From the NCBI GenBank assembly GCA_964016885.1, contig OZ024740.1:212908001-212972000 (forward strand): a stretch of DNA of 64,000 nucleotides. Reading direction: 5' to 3'. Source of the DNA: Eledone cirrhosa (taxonomy: Eukaryota). Position 1 is the first letter of the stretch, and each line of letters begins with the position of its first letter. Position numbers and translations under genes: made by a program. Below, piece after piece: positions 29,312 through 42,116 of this stretch. A model generated the notes under the pieces. It was not told the DNA's origin and did no database searches. It was given only the letters and a program-made list of their open reading frames with translations.

Positions 29312-30130
29312 TGTAGTGTTTGTACCAGAGTTTTCAAGTCGCTGGCTGGACTAAAAAGTCACACTCGTTCAGCGCATCGGTAAGGGTTCTCCTACATGGA
29401 TATAAAGTAGTGGCCGTACTCGAAAACGAGTTGGCAGCCACCATGTATGTATGTATGTATGTATGTATGTATGTATGTATGTATATATGTATGTCAGGTC
29501 ACCAGTTGGTGCTACTGGTAACATGTATCCCAGTACAACCTGTCTCATGGTCGGGTCGTTGGCGACTAAACTGGCAACCCCACCAAGGTTTCTTGGTGAG
29601 GAGGGTGACTTTGGACATCCTGCAGGACTAAAAACAAAACCTGTCAAAGGGCAAGGGAGCTCTTAAGACTCAATAGCCATCCAAAATCACCGGGAGAGAT
29701 GACCCCTTAGCCTTTATCAAGGCAGAATTCTAGGAGAAGGAAAACTCTGATATAACACCTGCAACCCTGATGGTATCCAATGATGTTGACTTGTTCTTCT
29801 TTTTGGTAAATATCATCTTGGTTAAGAGAGTGGGACTGGCTTTGTGCAGTGCCTTTGCTCACTATAAAAGCTTCACAGCACAGGCATTGCTTTATATCTG
29901 GAGATCTCTCTGCACTTGTCATCACATGGTACCATGGGCCCTGCACTATGTGTCAATAATGGTCACAAGTGTAGTCTTTGTACCAGAGTTTTCAAGTCGC
30001 TGGCTGGACTAAAAAGTCACATTCGTTCAGCGCATCGGTAGGGGTTCTCCTACATGGATATAAAGTAGTGGCCGTACTCGAAAACGAGTTGGCAGCCACC
30101 ACCATATATGTATGTATGTATGTATGTATG
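29312..30130 (+). mobile_element. Putative non-autonomous retroposon pair in (TATG)n
   Basis: A ~133-bp segment at 29312-29445 recurs at 29969-30103, and each copy is followed by (TATG)n. Confidence 0.55.
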
Positions 30131-30508
30131 TAGACAATGAAATGTTTCCATGAAAGAATTCCATTAAATAAATTATTTGCTAAAGATAGTTCATCATCAT
30201 CATCATCTGAAGAGACGAGTATAAAGGAATTAAATAAACATACACACATACATACATGCATATATACATATTGACATACATACATAACATTTTACGCTAA
30301 TTAAATTTTATATATTCAAATGAAGTTCAGATATTAAAAAAATAAGCTTAAAAAGAATCTATTATTTCAAATAAACAAAAAATAAAACATGGACGTTTGA
30401 ACATCCCTGAAGCAATGCCCTTGCGTATATATATATATATAGAGAGAGAAAAAATATATACATATACATACTTAGATAGATACATTTATACATACATTTG
30501 TATATAAG

Positions 30509-30558
<50 letters not shown>

Positions 30559-30908
30559 TTTTTTTACATTGGGGACTAAAACTAAAAATCTATTTACTTA
30601 CTGCTGTTTATGTTGCTGTTACTATAACAACAAATATAGACTTACTAAAGAAATCAATTGCGGTCATAATATCCAGCTTTGAAGTCCTTGCAATGCCAGT
30701 CATTTGAGTTACTCTCAGCGCTCGAATAATCAACCCCACCACCCACCAACTTGTTAATTTGTCATACCCCCCCCTCCCCCTGGTTATTAAATTTTGCTAA
30801 TCTGTCGCCGCGAAATTTTATTTCAAGTGGTAGCAGTCCTGAGACAATTTTCTTTAGACATTAAATAATATTATACATGATCCCAAAAGTACATTACTAG
30901 AAATCACA

Positions 30909-31887
30909 TCTATATATATAAAACTGTGGTTGTCTGTCTGTCTATCGATTTTTGGCACACATCTCCTCTTAGAATCTCTCACGGAATTGCACCGAAATTG
31001 CTAGACTTGTACATTGAGCGAAGACATCGGAAAAAAAAAAATTTTAAATTGACCCACCCTATGTGACGAAATCGAATATAATGTATCGATTTTTGAGCGT
31101 AAGTTATCAGTTATTTCCCTTTGTTCTGTTTACATTGAGCGTCTTACGTAAAAAATTACGCTGGCATTCTCAGCGTTTAAAATGACAGTTCGAACACTAA
31201 GCTTCCGTTTTGCTTCATTTCCATTTAAAAGCATTTTAAAACAATATTTTTACTTGAAAACAAGTCTATTTAAAGACTACGTAAAACAAGCTTCATTTCC
31301 ATTTAAAAGCATTTTAAAACAATATTTTTACTTGAAAACAAGTCTATTTAAAGACTACGTAAAACAAGCAAATATTTCGTAAAAAAAAGCAAAAATTATA
31401 TAAGTTTATTTAAAATATATGTATCTGTAAATTTCGTTAGGCGTGCAGACAGACAGTCGTGCAGACAGACAGTCGTGCAGAGAGGTGATATAGGCGTGCA
31501 GACAGACAGTCGTGCAGAGAGGTGATATAGGCGTGCAGACAGACAGTCGTGCAGAGAGGTGATATAGGCGTGCAGACAGACATAACTGATAATTTGGTTA
31601 CGCTAATGTTTTTCTCTGCGTTGCAGTGTTTACATTTTCGATCTTTGTTAATAAATAACCAGTGCAGTTTCTATCCCCAGCATCCTCTTTTGTTATAACA
31701 TTCGGGTTATCGTTATGTTTTCTTAACTTCATAAGGCATATTGTTGGTTGAGGGAATATTAATCAAAAACACCACATGCAAGTCTGCACAGTAGACACTA
31801 CAGTTTTTAAGCCAAGAAAGAAACTTAACATTGTAACTTTAACACAGCTACTGAGCGACCCCGAGCAACGCCGGGCTTTACTGCTAG
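30909..31887 (+). mobile_element. Non-autonomous Helitron
   Basis: A^TCTATATATATAAAA 5' end, subterminal hairpin CCCGAGCAACGCCGGG and CTAG^T 3' end. Internal 78-bp duplication (31210-31369) and 39-bp repeats (31440-31582). Confidence 0.82.
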
Positions 31888-32365
31888 TATGTTATAAAAT
31901 AAATAGGATGAGTTGGGGTCTCAACGTGTAAACTAAACGACTAACTGTTTTTGTTGTTATATTTACATCAAGGGAGACAACCTAAAAAAATTACCGATTT
32001 TCCAAACCCGCTTATTCCCCCCCTTCCCTCCGCATATTCCATCCTCTCATTTCATTCTCATTCCACTCCCTATTTTGGGGGACTCGAGAGTATTTCGTTT
32101 TTATCGGAATATACATAAAAAAAACTTGGTTAAATAAAAGATTGATAAAAAAAAACAACAAACTTTCATTGTTCAGCTAAATGTTTTTAATAAGAGACCT
32201 AATCTTTTAATATCGATTATTTGTGTGTGTCAGTGTGTGTGTGTATGTGTGTGTGAGTGTGCATGTGTGTGTGTGTGTGTGTGTATGTGTGTGTGTGTGT
32301 GATGGATAACGTTACTACCCAGGCATGTGGCCTAGTGGTAAGGGTGTTGGACTTACGAAAATAAT

Positions 32366-32556
32366 TGTTTCTATTATTGGCACAAGGCCAGCACATACCC
32401 AGTAGATTACTGGTACTTTATTTTATCAACCCCGTAAGGATGAAAGGCAAAGTTAACCTCGGCGGGATTTGAACTCATAATGGCAAGGGCCGTAACTCTA
32501 TGCGTCAAAGCATGGCGTCCGATCCTCTACCAATACTGCCAATTCACCGCCCTAAA
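32366..32556 (-). mobile_element. Full SINE with 15-bp TSD inserted in a tRNA-like head
   Basis: ACTTACGAAAATAAT at 32351-32365 and 32557-32571, and B-box GAGTTCAAATCCC. Confidence 0.85.
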
Positions 32557-33384
32557 ACTTACGAAAATAATGTTGCGGATTCGATTCCTGGTCTGGGTTG
32601 TGTCTTGTAATCTCAGTCGCCACTTACCGGGATAATGAATGCCCTAACGGGACATACTTTATATGTTAGAATTATACCGTGTAAAACCCTGCTGTCACCA
32701 TTTTCCTTTCCTCCTTTCTTTCATTACTTGATAATCCTTGTCCTTTCTTTTCTTATCCTCTCTTCTTGTTTTGTTTTGTTTTTTATTATATACACTTATC
32801 AACATTGGACTATTTTCTTTTTCATTATGTGTATATCATTATATCTTCTTCTTCTTCTTGCTCGGGGTCTACCTCTGAGTCTTCTGCTGGCTGGTTTTGC
32901 CTGTAAAATCTGTCCAGCAATTCTCTCCTTCCTGGGGCATTCTAACCATATGCTGATAGTATCGTAGCTGTGATCTCTCAATTCAGAGAAGTAGCGGCTC
33001 TACCTGGAGTGACTCTCTGTATTTTCAAATTCTTTGGAATAGAATTTGAAAATGCAACTGGGGTCTTTTATGAATATTTATTTACTTTACCAGTTTCACA
33101 GTTCTTATGATTATCAAAAGTAAAATTGAGATGGAGGGTTTGTGTTTCTATTGCAGAGTTCGAAACTTTCTGTTTTATACAAAGTGACTCATATTGTTAT
33201 TTGTTTAAAATGCAATTTTATTGGTTGGTGTCAGTCACGTGACTAGACATGGTGGTCACATAAAATTTCCGTTTTGTATTGATGGTTGTTTTTAATTTGA
33301 TTGTTTCTTCCTTTTCTCTCGCTTTGACCATATATTTTAAGCGTTCTATTTGTAAGGTTCCTAGCAGTATCGGATGAGCCTCAT

Positions 33385-33540
33385 AAACCATGCTTTTCAG
33401 CATAGAGTTATGGCCCTTTGCGTTCTGATTTCAGATCCCGCCGAGATTAACTTTGCCTTTCATCCTTACGGTGTCGATAAAATAAAGCACCAGTAATGCA
33501 CTGTAATTGCTGGTCTTGTGCCAAAAGTAGAAACAATTAA
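33385..33540 (+). mobile_element. SINE
   Basis: Shared body GATCCCGCCGAGATTAACTTTGCCTTTCATCC..GGTCTTGTGCC. Confidence 0.75.
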
Positions 33541-33769
33541 ATGTGTGCAGTTCCTAGAAATAATTAATTGTATTTATTATCTGTGTTTATATTTTCATTC
33601 TGTAAGAATTATAAACTATTTGTAATGTTATTTATTCAATTGTGAATAATAGTTTCTGGTTTAGACACAAGGTCAACAATTTTGTGGGAGAGGATCCCAG
33701 CACTTTATTTTATCAACCCCGTAAGGATGAAGGACAAAGCTATCCTCAACAAGATTTGAACTGTAGACT

Positions 33770-34800
33770 CCACTGCTTGCTTCTGACTGTATGTTCTCAT
33801 ATGTCTTTTAAGACCTCCCATGCTTGCACATTCCTTACCACACTCCTTACACCTTTTCAGATCATAATCAACATGAGGTCTACTGATATGACTTTGTTCA
33901 TGTTAATCAAACCAGTTTTGCTCAGGCAGACTCAACCACAGTGCTGGCAAACCAGATGCTGCTCAACATCAGGGAGTTCAGAACAGTCCCTGTTTCCTCA
34001 CCTTCCTTTTCAGTGTTAGGTGTTCTCTTCAACGAGTTTCAAAGTATTCACTTCCTGGCTTGATCAAACGTCTCTACTTCACATACTCCTCAGACATTTT
34101 CTCCCATTCATCAGATGAAATTCCGACGCAAGCCAAGGTGCTCCTGACTCAGTCCCGGTACCACATTTTTGGTTTGTGTGGTGGTTGCCTTCCTTCGCAC
34201 AGTTCGCCGTAGGGAAGTCGCTTTGGAATACAATCATCAGATATCCGGGCCACATGACCGCACCACCTCAACCGATGCTGGAAGATCATGCTTTATATAC
34301 TCATGCACCTGCTCCTGACAAGCATTTTCGACTGCACCCCAAGTATCTTACAAAGAGATTGTTGTTGAAACCTCTCTAGTTCCTTGTTGCGCTTTCTGTA
34401 TGTGACCCATGTTTCACAAGCATAAAACAAAGAGGAGACGACACAAGTCAGATACACTTTTACCTTGGTTTCAATGGTGATACCTCGTCTGGACTATAAA
34501 CATTCATTCAGCCATCCAAAAGCATGACTGACTTTCTTGATTCTTAAGGATATCTCATTGTCAAGTATGCATGAATTGTTCAACGTACTACCAAGGTAAA
34601 CAAACTCGTCAGCAACTTTTAACCTCTTTCTGTACACACTTGGTGTAGTGTAATCTTACCCAGGTGCAGTCTTTTCCAAGCTTATTGTAAGGCCAAAAGC
34701 GCTGCAAGCTTCAGAAAAAGAGTTCATAATGTGAATGTGCAAAAAGATCGCAGTCATCTGCATACAAAAACTCTCGAATTATAGATGTTAATACCTTCAT
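33770..34800 (-). mobile_element. RTE (BovB-like) LINE fragment with terminal C2H2-like finger
   Basis: Minus strand reads LYADD, FVYLGS, ACETW, WCGHV and CKECGKECASMGGLKRHMRT. Heavily degraded. Confidence 0.72.
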
Positions 34801-35399
34801 GCTTGACAGACAACCACAGTTTTATATATATAAATAACACCTCCCACTTACTTTCTCTTTGATTAAAATTTTTTTATTCTCATATATTTTTTCATTTTTT
34901 CATTTTCATATTTTATATTTTTTTATATATGTATCGACCTTCAGACTGACGCTGCTTTGTCTGATAAACTCCCTTCCCTGTATATATCACATGCATGTAT
35001 GTGGTTGTGCGTGTGTGTGTGTTTATACGCGTGTTTTCATACTTGTATGTGTATATATTTCAATCCTTAGTCCCTGAGTCTGTATGTACGCTAACTCTAT
35101 TATCTTACAATTTCTTTTTTCAACATATATTATATACGTATTTGTGGTCACACATACACTGATATGCTTGCTCCTATGTATGTACTTACGCACACATTTT
35201 TTCACTATACACATGCATTTGTACATACACACATACGTACATTTGTAGGTGTATATACACACATTTATACACATACCCTTACTATATTTCCTTATTTAAT
35301 TTTTTTATATCTCTTGCATTACTTTTATTCATATATTTTTTTGCCCGTTAAACTTTTACCTTTCTTGAGGAGATTTTTCAAATATTTCATTATGTTTTA

Positions 35400-35477
35400 A
35401 ATTGCCTTGTCTGACGAACGAATGAGGACATTTCTTGTATTCGTCTTATTTGGGAAACCTCTGGTAGCGAGGTAATT
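35400..35477 (+). ncRNA. Type I hammerhead motif, same family as 10419-10498
   Basis: AATTGCCTTGT-CTGACGA-ACGAATGAG...CTTATTTGG-GAAA-CCTCTGG-TA-GCGAGGTAATT. Confidence 0.72.
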
Positions 35478-35547
35478 ATATTGTATTGTTTATTATAGAG
35501 CACTCTTCACTCCTATGACTTTTTCAATTTTCAACGGAAACTTCAAT

Positions 35548-35646
<99 letters not shown>

Positions 35647-35945
35647 CAGAGTAATTCGTGGTAGCGGGATGGTCAGTAGGAATGTGTCTGTAAGGAGTGG
35701 GGGGGTATTTTAGCATGTCAAAAGATATTTTTCAGCTTTTGTCTTATACGGAGAAGTGTGTGTGTGTGTGTGTGTGTGTGTATAAGTCTCTTTGTATGTT
35801 AATGTACGCGTGTGTGTGTGTGTATATATGTGTGCGTGTGTGTGAGAGAATGTGTGTGTGGGGGGACCAGTATTTTTCCCCCTGGTAAAATGGTGTACAT
35901 TATTCGATATATTGAGTAAAATCGATTCTCTCAATAGAACATCAA

Positions 35946-35997
35946 AAGGCTTTTAAAAAAATATTACTCAATTGAGTAATATTTTTTTAAAAGCCTT
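35946..35997. repeat. Perfect 52-bp spacerless palindrome
   Basis: AAGGCTTTTAAAAAAATATTACTCAA|TTGAGTAATATTTTTTTAAAAGCCTT. Confidence 0.92.
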
Positions 35998-36312
35998 ATT
36001 GGTTTACATGTAATATATATTCGACCGACAGCTACAAACACACGCATCATCTCTGTTTTTCTTTTATCTATCTATCTATCTATCTTCTTTCTCTGGGATA
36101 GACACATGTGCTGAGCTCGCTCGGTAAGTTTCGTTTAAATTTATCTTTAAATTGTGAACTGTAAACTTTCATTTTTGTACCATTTTGTAGAGAGACTGCC
36201 AGGTCAAACTTTGATCTGGTCAGTCTCTCAAAATATTCTACGCCTTTAGGCGAAATAGTGTTGTAAAAATTTAATCTTTCGAAAAATTTCGAAAAATCCT
36301 ATTTTGATAAAA

Positions 36313-38112
36313 ATGGCTGAAGCATCTTCACCAAAATTCGAAGGAGGAAAGGGGAAGATAAGCTTACAGCTTACCCCTGCCACTGTCACAGTAGCAGAGG
36401 TCAAAAAGAAAGGTCAGCCAGAGGAAGGATTTTCTCCACCTGTTGACCGACAACTTGACGTTGCCATGGCAACAAACCAAAGAACCAGCGGCACCAGCAA
36501 CAGCAACAACAACAACAATGCGACGGACGAAAACAACACCAATAACAATAACAACAACAACAAGACCAATAACTGTGATAACAACAACAATGATAACAAC
36601 ACCACCAACTACAACAGCAACACAAACAAACAAAATTTTCTCCATCGCCGAGACGGCAAGGAAAACCCTCGACTATCTGCCAGTAGATATAACCAAAGCG
36701 AAGGAGCTACTGGCAGATGCCAAAAAATATATAGTGTACGGGGAAAATGGTTCATTCACGGTCCATTCCCCCCCCCCCCCCCCGGAACTAAAAAGCCAGA
36801 GACTCCTAAACACTGTCATGTTTAGGACAATCTCGAATAAAAGCAAAAATCCAGCTCAACCATCACAGAGTGAGATAGAGCTGGTTTTAAAAGACGTCAT
36901 GAAGGACATCACTTTCATTCAGAAGGATAGACTCTACGGGAGTCTATCCATTCTCATGAAGGACAGGGACACAGCAGTGAAACTGTCCATCAAACCAATC
37001 GCATCCACCGCATACACCTTCTACCCTACGTACATGGGTAGAAGAAGACAAAAAATAAAAATCCACACCATCCTGCCGATTATGGACATATGGTGGGTTT
37101 TGACAGGTTTCCTGGACCTGGATGATGACACGCTGGTGTCCATGGGAAAGGCATCGGGTGACGCGTTCAGTGGAACGACCCTCGAACTTGTAGTTCAAAT
37201 GAGGCCCGAAAGGATCGCCCAGATCCCTGAACGCGTCATACTGGATGATCAAACTTTCATCAACATTACCGTTGAGGGTAGGCGGCCCTCGTGTTACCTC
37301 TGCGGAACCAGAGGTCACCTGAGGGCTGTCTGTCCCCAACTTAATAAGAAAACCCCAATCCTGCCTACACCACCAACAACTGCAAAACCAACACAATCAC
37401 CACAACTACCACTACAAAAACAACCACCACAGCTCAAACCAAAACAAAACAATGTCCAACCCATCCCCCCCACTAAAAAAAAAATAATAATTTCCAAAAC
37501 ACCCGCACCGCAAACACAACCCGAAAATATACCCCTCCCTTCCAACGCGGAAGATGACCCTAGTTCGTCGTCAGACGAGAGGAGCACTTCCACACAATCA
37601 AAAGAAAAAAAAGAAAACACACCTCAGACACACAAATGAAAACAACCCCTCCCCAAAACATAACACTGACACCAACACAAAAGAGCTCACAACAACAGCA
37701 AACAAAAAACACCACACAAAAACAAAAACATGCATACACATACATAAACACAAGAAACAAAAAACTGTTAAACATTGTGTACAACAACAATCTAATAAAA
37801 ACCCAAGGGCCTAACTTCACCCAGGCAGGGGATTTCCCCCACCTCAAAATGATTAAGGCCCCACAGGACAACTATAAAACTTTAAAAAACAACTTTAAAG
37901 AGGACGTGGGTCCCCCCCTGCGTCGGGCCCATTAACCGCGTCCTCCTAGAAAACTACCCCACCCCTCCCCAAACACCCACACAACTCCAAACTCCCCAAC
38001 CACACAACACACTGATGCCCCTACACCTCCACAAACCACCACCCCACCCAACAACCCATACCCCACCCTAATGGAAATTGTGCAGCCCGATACCCGGGAC
38101 GCAGAGGGGTAA
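36313..38112 (+). pseudogene. Unit A ORF1 (gag-like, CCHC knuckle), frameshifted
   Basis: RRPSCYLCGTRGHLRAVCP. Pieces 36304-, 36443- and 37636-. Ends PDTRDAEG*. Confidence 0.88.
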
Positions 38113-38136
38113 GTGCCTTTTCTCTTCACCACCAAC

Positions 38137-41100
38137 ATGGCCATGCTAAGAGTAGGCTGTTTAAATGCGCGTGGCCTGGGCTCAACTTGGAAGCAAGCAA
38201 TGCTTCTAAATGACCTCAGGTCACAACGTATAGATGTGATGGTTATTTGCGAGGCCCGGATCAGCAACGTGCGACAGCTGGCCCCCACCTTTGATGACTT
38301 TGAGATGCACGCATCTCTCTGTCAGCCCGGAGGTGGGGGTGGGGTTGTCGTTCTGCTGCAAAAACATCTGGGTCTCACAACACAGATGGTACATTTGGAC
38401 CCGGAGGGTCGACTAGTGGTTCTGGACCTTGGCAGTGGTAAAGGCGGAGCGTTTAGGTTGGTAGCCGCCTACGGCCCTTTCGGGTCAATGCGGCCGGACT
38501 TCTTCCATCGTCTGGAGACTTTTCTAGGGACGTCCCGCTCCTTGCTATTAGTGGGGGACTGGAATGGTATCCTAGATGCACGCTGGGACTACGTAGGGGC
38601 CTGTCCCGATAGAGAGGGGTGTAATAGCCTCAAAGGGTTAATCGGTCGATTTGACCTGGCCGATAGATATCGACTAGATTTTCCGACTGCGTCAACCTGG
38701 ACTTGGGCAAATCGTAGCGGATCATCTAGGTCGTACCTAGATAGGTTCTTATTTAGAATTAAGGATAATGACTTTTTAAGTTGTCCAAAAATGCGCATGG
38801 TTGGCTATTCAGACCACAAGTTAGTGACCTGCATGGTCAACCTTGACAGAACTCATAGACAAGGACCCGGTTACGGGAAGCTCAACTTGTCCTTACCGGC
38901 AAGTAAGGCTTACAGGGACCGGATTAGCACTTTAGTTAAGGAGCGGTTGACGGGCGCCATCGTCAACAGCAGGTGGTGGGGATCTCTCAAAAGAGAGATT
39001 AGAGTAGTCTCTATAGAATTTAGTAAGGAGTTAGCCTCAAATAGAAATAGGAAGGAAAGGGAGTTGGTAGATAGTGTAGAAGAGGCAATTAGAAGCGGCG
39101 ACGTGGCCAGAGTGCTAGCGTCGAGAACGGCCCTGGGCCAGTTCTTCGACGCGAAACACGAAGGCTGCATCGTCCGAAGCAAAATACGTGCTCTGGGAAA
39201 CGAGGGGACCAAAGTTGTTAGCTGGGCCCGCGTGACAGAAGCCAAAAAGAGGGAGCAGATCCACTATCCGGTCTTTGCGAGACCAGGAAGGACGGGTGAT
39301 CCTTGAACCTAAGCAGATGTGCGAGGCTTTTCAAAAGCACTTTGCCGGATTGTTCGGAAGGGGCGGGGAGCCGGTTGGGGATGTGGACTTCGGTCCATAC
39401 CTCGACGGCCTGCCGCGTCTCTCGGACGGGGAGGCGAAGTCCTGCGAGGAGCCGATTTCAGCCGCTGAGATAGATGACATGCTGAGCCAATGCGGCAAAC
39501 GCAAATCCCCGGGTCTCGATGGTCTTCCATATGAACTATATCTAGCTATGCCGGACTTGTTCCCCGATCTCCTCGAGGCGGTCTACTGCAACTGGCAACA
39601 GAACGGGAGAATTCCCTGTGCTGTGACCAAGGGCGTAGTCACGCTAGTGAGGAAGGATGAGAACAAGGGGGACGATATAAATAATTTCAGGCCCATAACT
39701 CTGCTAAATACAGAGTTACAGATTTTGGCCAAGGTGCTAGCAAAGAGGTTGGCGCTTGTCGTGGGTAACCTGGTGAGAGATACGCAGACATACATGTGCT
39801 ATCCCGTCCAGGTCCATCCACGACAACCTCCACCTCATGCGATACATCATAGAGAGGGTTGGGAACGAACCCGGCTTTGGTGGGGCCCTGATCAACTTGG
39901 ATCAATCTAAGGCATTCGATAGGGTCGACCATGGTTACCTGGATGCGGTGCTAGCGGCGGCAGGCTTCGGACCCGTTTTCAGGGGCTGGATCCCTGCCAT
40001 GCACAGCAGCCGCATCTGCTCTAGGGTCAAGGTGAACGGCTACCTCTCGGAGCTGTTCGAAATCGCGCGGTCCATCCGACAGGGGTGCCCTCTCTCCTCC
40101 CTTCTGTATGTAATGACTCTAGAGCCACTGCTGCAGAAGTTGGAGTTGTTGCAGGGCATCCCGTTGGAATCGGGATTGCGGAAAGCGGTGTCAGCCTACG
40201 CCGATGACGTAACAGTAATGGTGTCGACGGCCTCGGAAATCGGGGCGATCGGCACCTTACTGGAGGAGTACGAAAGGTTTACAGGGGCTAAGCTGAACCG
40301 GGACAAGTCGATCGGTCTGCAACTCGGCACGTGGAGGGGCAGATCGATGCCCTCCGGTGGTGTCGTCGGGCGCTGGACGGAGGGCCCGGTGAAGTTGCTC
40401 GGGGTCTGGTTCGGACCAGCCCTCCAGGTGGAGAAGAACTGGGGTGAGGTAACGAACAGGGTGTTTGCACTGACCCAGAAGTGGGCCGAGTGCAAACTGT
40501 CCCTGAAAGGTCGGGCGGAGGTGGTGAACACTTATATAGTGTCCGTCATCTACTACTTCCTGACCGTTGTGCCTTGCCCAAGGGAAACGCTAGCCAAAAT
40601 GGAGCGCGCACTCTTCCAATTCCTTTGGAAGAAGCGGGCTCCTATGGTGAGGAGATCCATCTGCTGTCAACACCCTTCGAAAGGAGGGCTGGGGATGCCG
40701 TGGCTAATGATACGTAAACACGCATTAAGGCCACGGCACCTTCAGGTATTCCTCTCCGGTCAACCGGTGTGGGCCCCGTTTGTGAGGCGAGCCTTTCCCA
40801 GACTCGTCTCACTCACCGAGCTGCAATCCTGGGTCAAGCAAAGACCGAGAAAACTGGGCGCCTGGCACACCGAGTGTGCCCAGGCGCTCACGGCTCTCTG
40901 GCAGGCGGACCCGGCTGTCAGTGGAGAATCCACCTCGTCATTCTATAGAGGGCTGGTGGTTAGCAGGTGCGACGACGCCCTCGGAGAAGCCCTAGGCATG
41001 GAGGAAGACGAACTGGCCAACCTGTTCGGTAAGACATTCAGTCCGGGACCCATGGATAACTTCCAGAGGTCCCTGGCCTGGCAATGCTACAGAAGGGCTT

Positions 41101-41579
41101 TGCCCATTCGAGAAAGCCTCTACAGACACGGGCGCCCGGGTAGGGACCCCTCGAAAAAGATCTGTCCCAGATGCGTGTGCGACGAGGAAACCGTTGCACA
41201 CGCATTGGTACACTGCTCGGGCATTGCCGATCTGTGGGGCTATGTCGAACAACTGTTGTCAAGGGTGGGACCTATCCGGTTGACCACCGAGTCTATTGTA
41301 ACGATCAAGCCGTCTCCCCTCTTCAAAAACGAAGAAGAGGCGGTGTTTCTGTGCGTAATAGCCATGGCGAAAGAGGTTGTATGATGGACGCGTCTGAAAG
41401 GACTGAGGTCAGACACCTTTCTCTCTGGCCAACAACTGGTTCGTTTCTTCCGATATCATTTCGGAAGAAGGATCAGGATGGAGAGAGAGGTGCTCCACCC
41501 CAGCCGTTTTTATGAAAGATGGGTGAAAGTGGCGAGAATGGCCCGTGTGAATGGGCCTTCACTCTACATCAGACTATAG
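38137..41579 (+). pseudogene. Unit A ORF2 (APE-RT-Zn knuckle), disrupted
   Basis: CLNARGL, GDWN, YLDR, SDHK, QGCPLS, YADD and CPRC..ETVAHAL..C. Two frameshifts and a stop at 41382. Confidence 0.93.
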
Positions 41580-42116
41580 GTGAGGAAGATGAAAGACCAA
41601 GGGAGCACCCCTTCTCTGTGCTCCTGAGGAAAAGGGTTGCACACTCTTTTTCGGGGGTGTGTGCGACCCCCCAAGGTGCCTCCTCTCTATTGAGGATTTT
41701 GTTATTAATTTTATTCTGTTATATTTTATTTTATTTTTATATTTTGTTATTGCCTCCTCCTTATTGAGGACGCCTTGTTTTATAAACTCCCCCCATTGTA
41801 CTTGTCCCACTTTTGATGCCCTGGTGGCAAATAAAAGAAACATATCTATCTATCTATCTATCTATATAATCTAGCTGTCGTCTGTTCTACAGCGTAGAAG
41901 TAATTCACTTCGCGCAGAAGTTTTGTTCAAATTTATTGCGGAAATTTTTTAAGTTCAAATTTAATTTTGATACTTGTGTGTAGCTTGACCACCCCCCCCC
42001 CCCCCCCCCCGTCTTAACTGTCAGGCGGTTGGTCAGCTCATCTTTACCCCTCCTAGGGGTGAAAAACCTGTTTTTAAAAATTTTGTGGCAAAAAAAATTT
42101 CAATCGTCTGACAGAA

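Larger units (their letters stand above)
36085..41865 (+). mobile_element. Tx1-like LINE array unit A (full length)
   Basis: Preceded by (TATC)5 at 36065-36084. Contains 5'UTR, ORF1, ORF2, 3'UTR, AATAAAAGAAA and (TATC)n. Confidence 0.95.

Noticed and set aside
31440-31582. Regular short repeats resembling CRISPR
   Set aside because: No unique spacers, eukaryotic context, and located inside a Helitron
33780-33870. C2H2 finger suggesting a host zinc-finger gene
   Set aside because: Single degenerate finger collinear with the end of an RTE remnant
36768-42010. Poly-C runs and homopolymer frameshifts in units A and B as programmed recoding
   Set aside because: Not conserved between families, so more likely slippage or sequencing error
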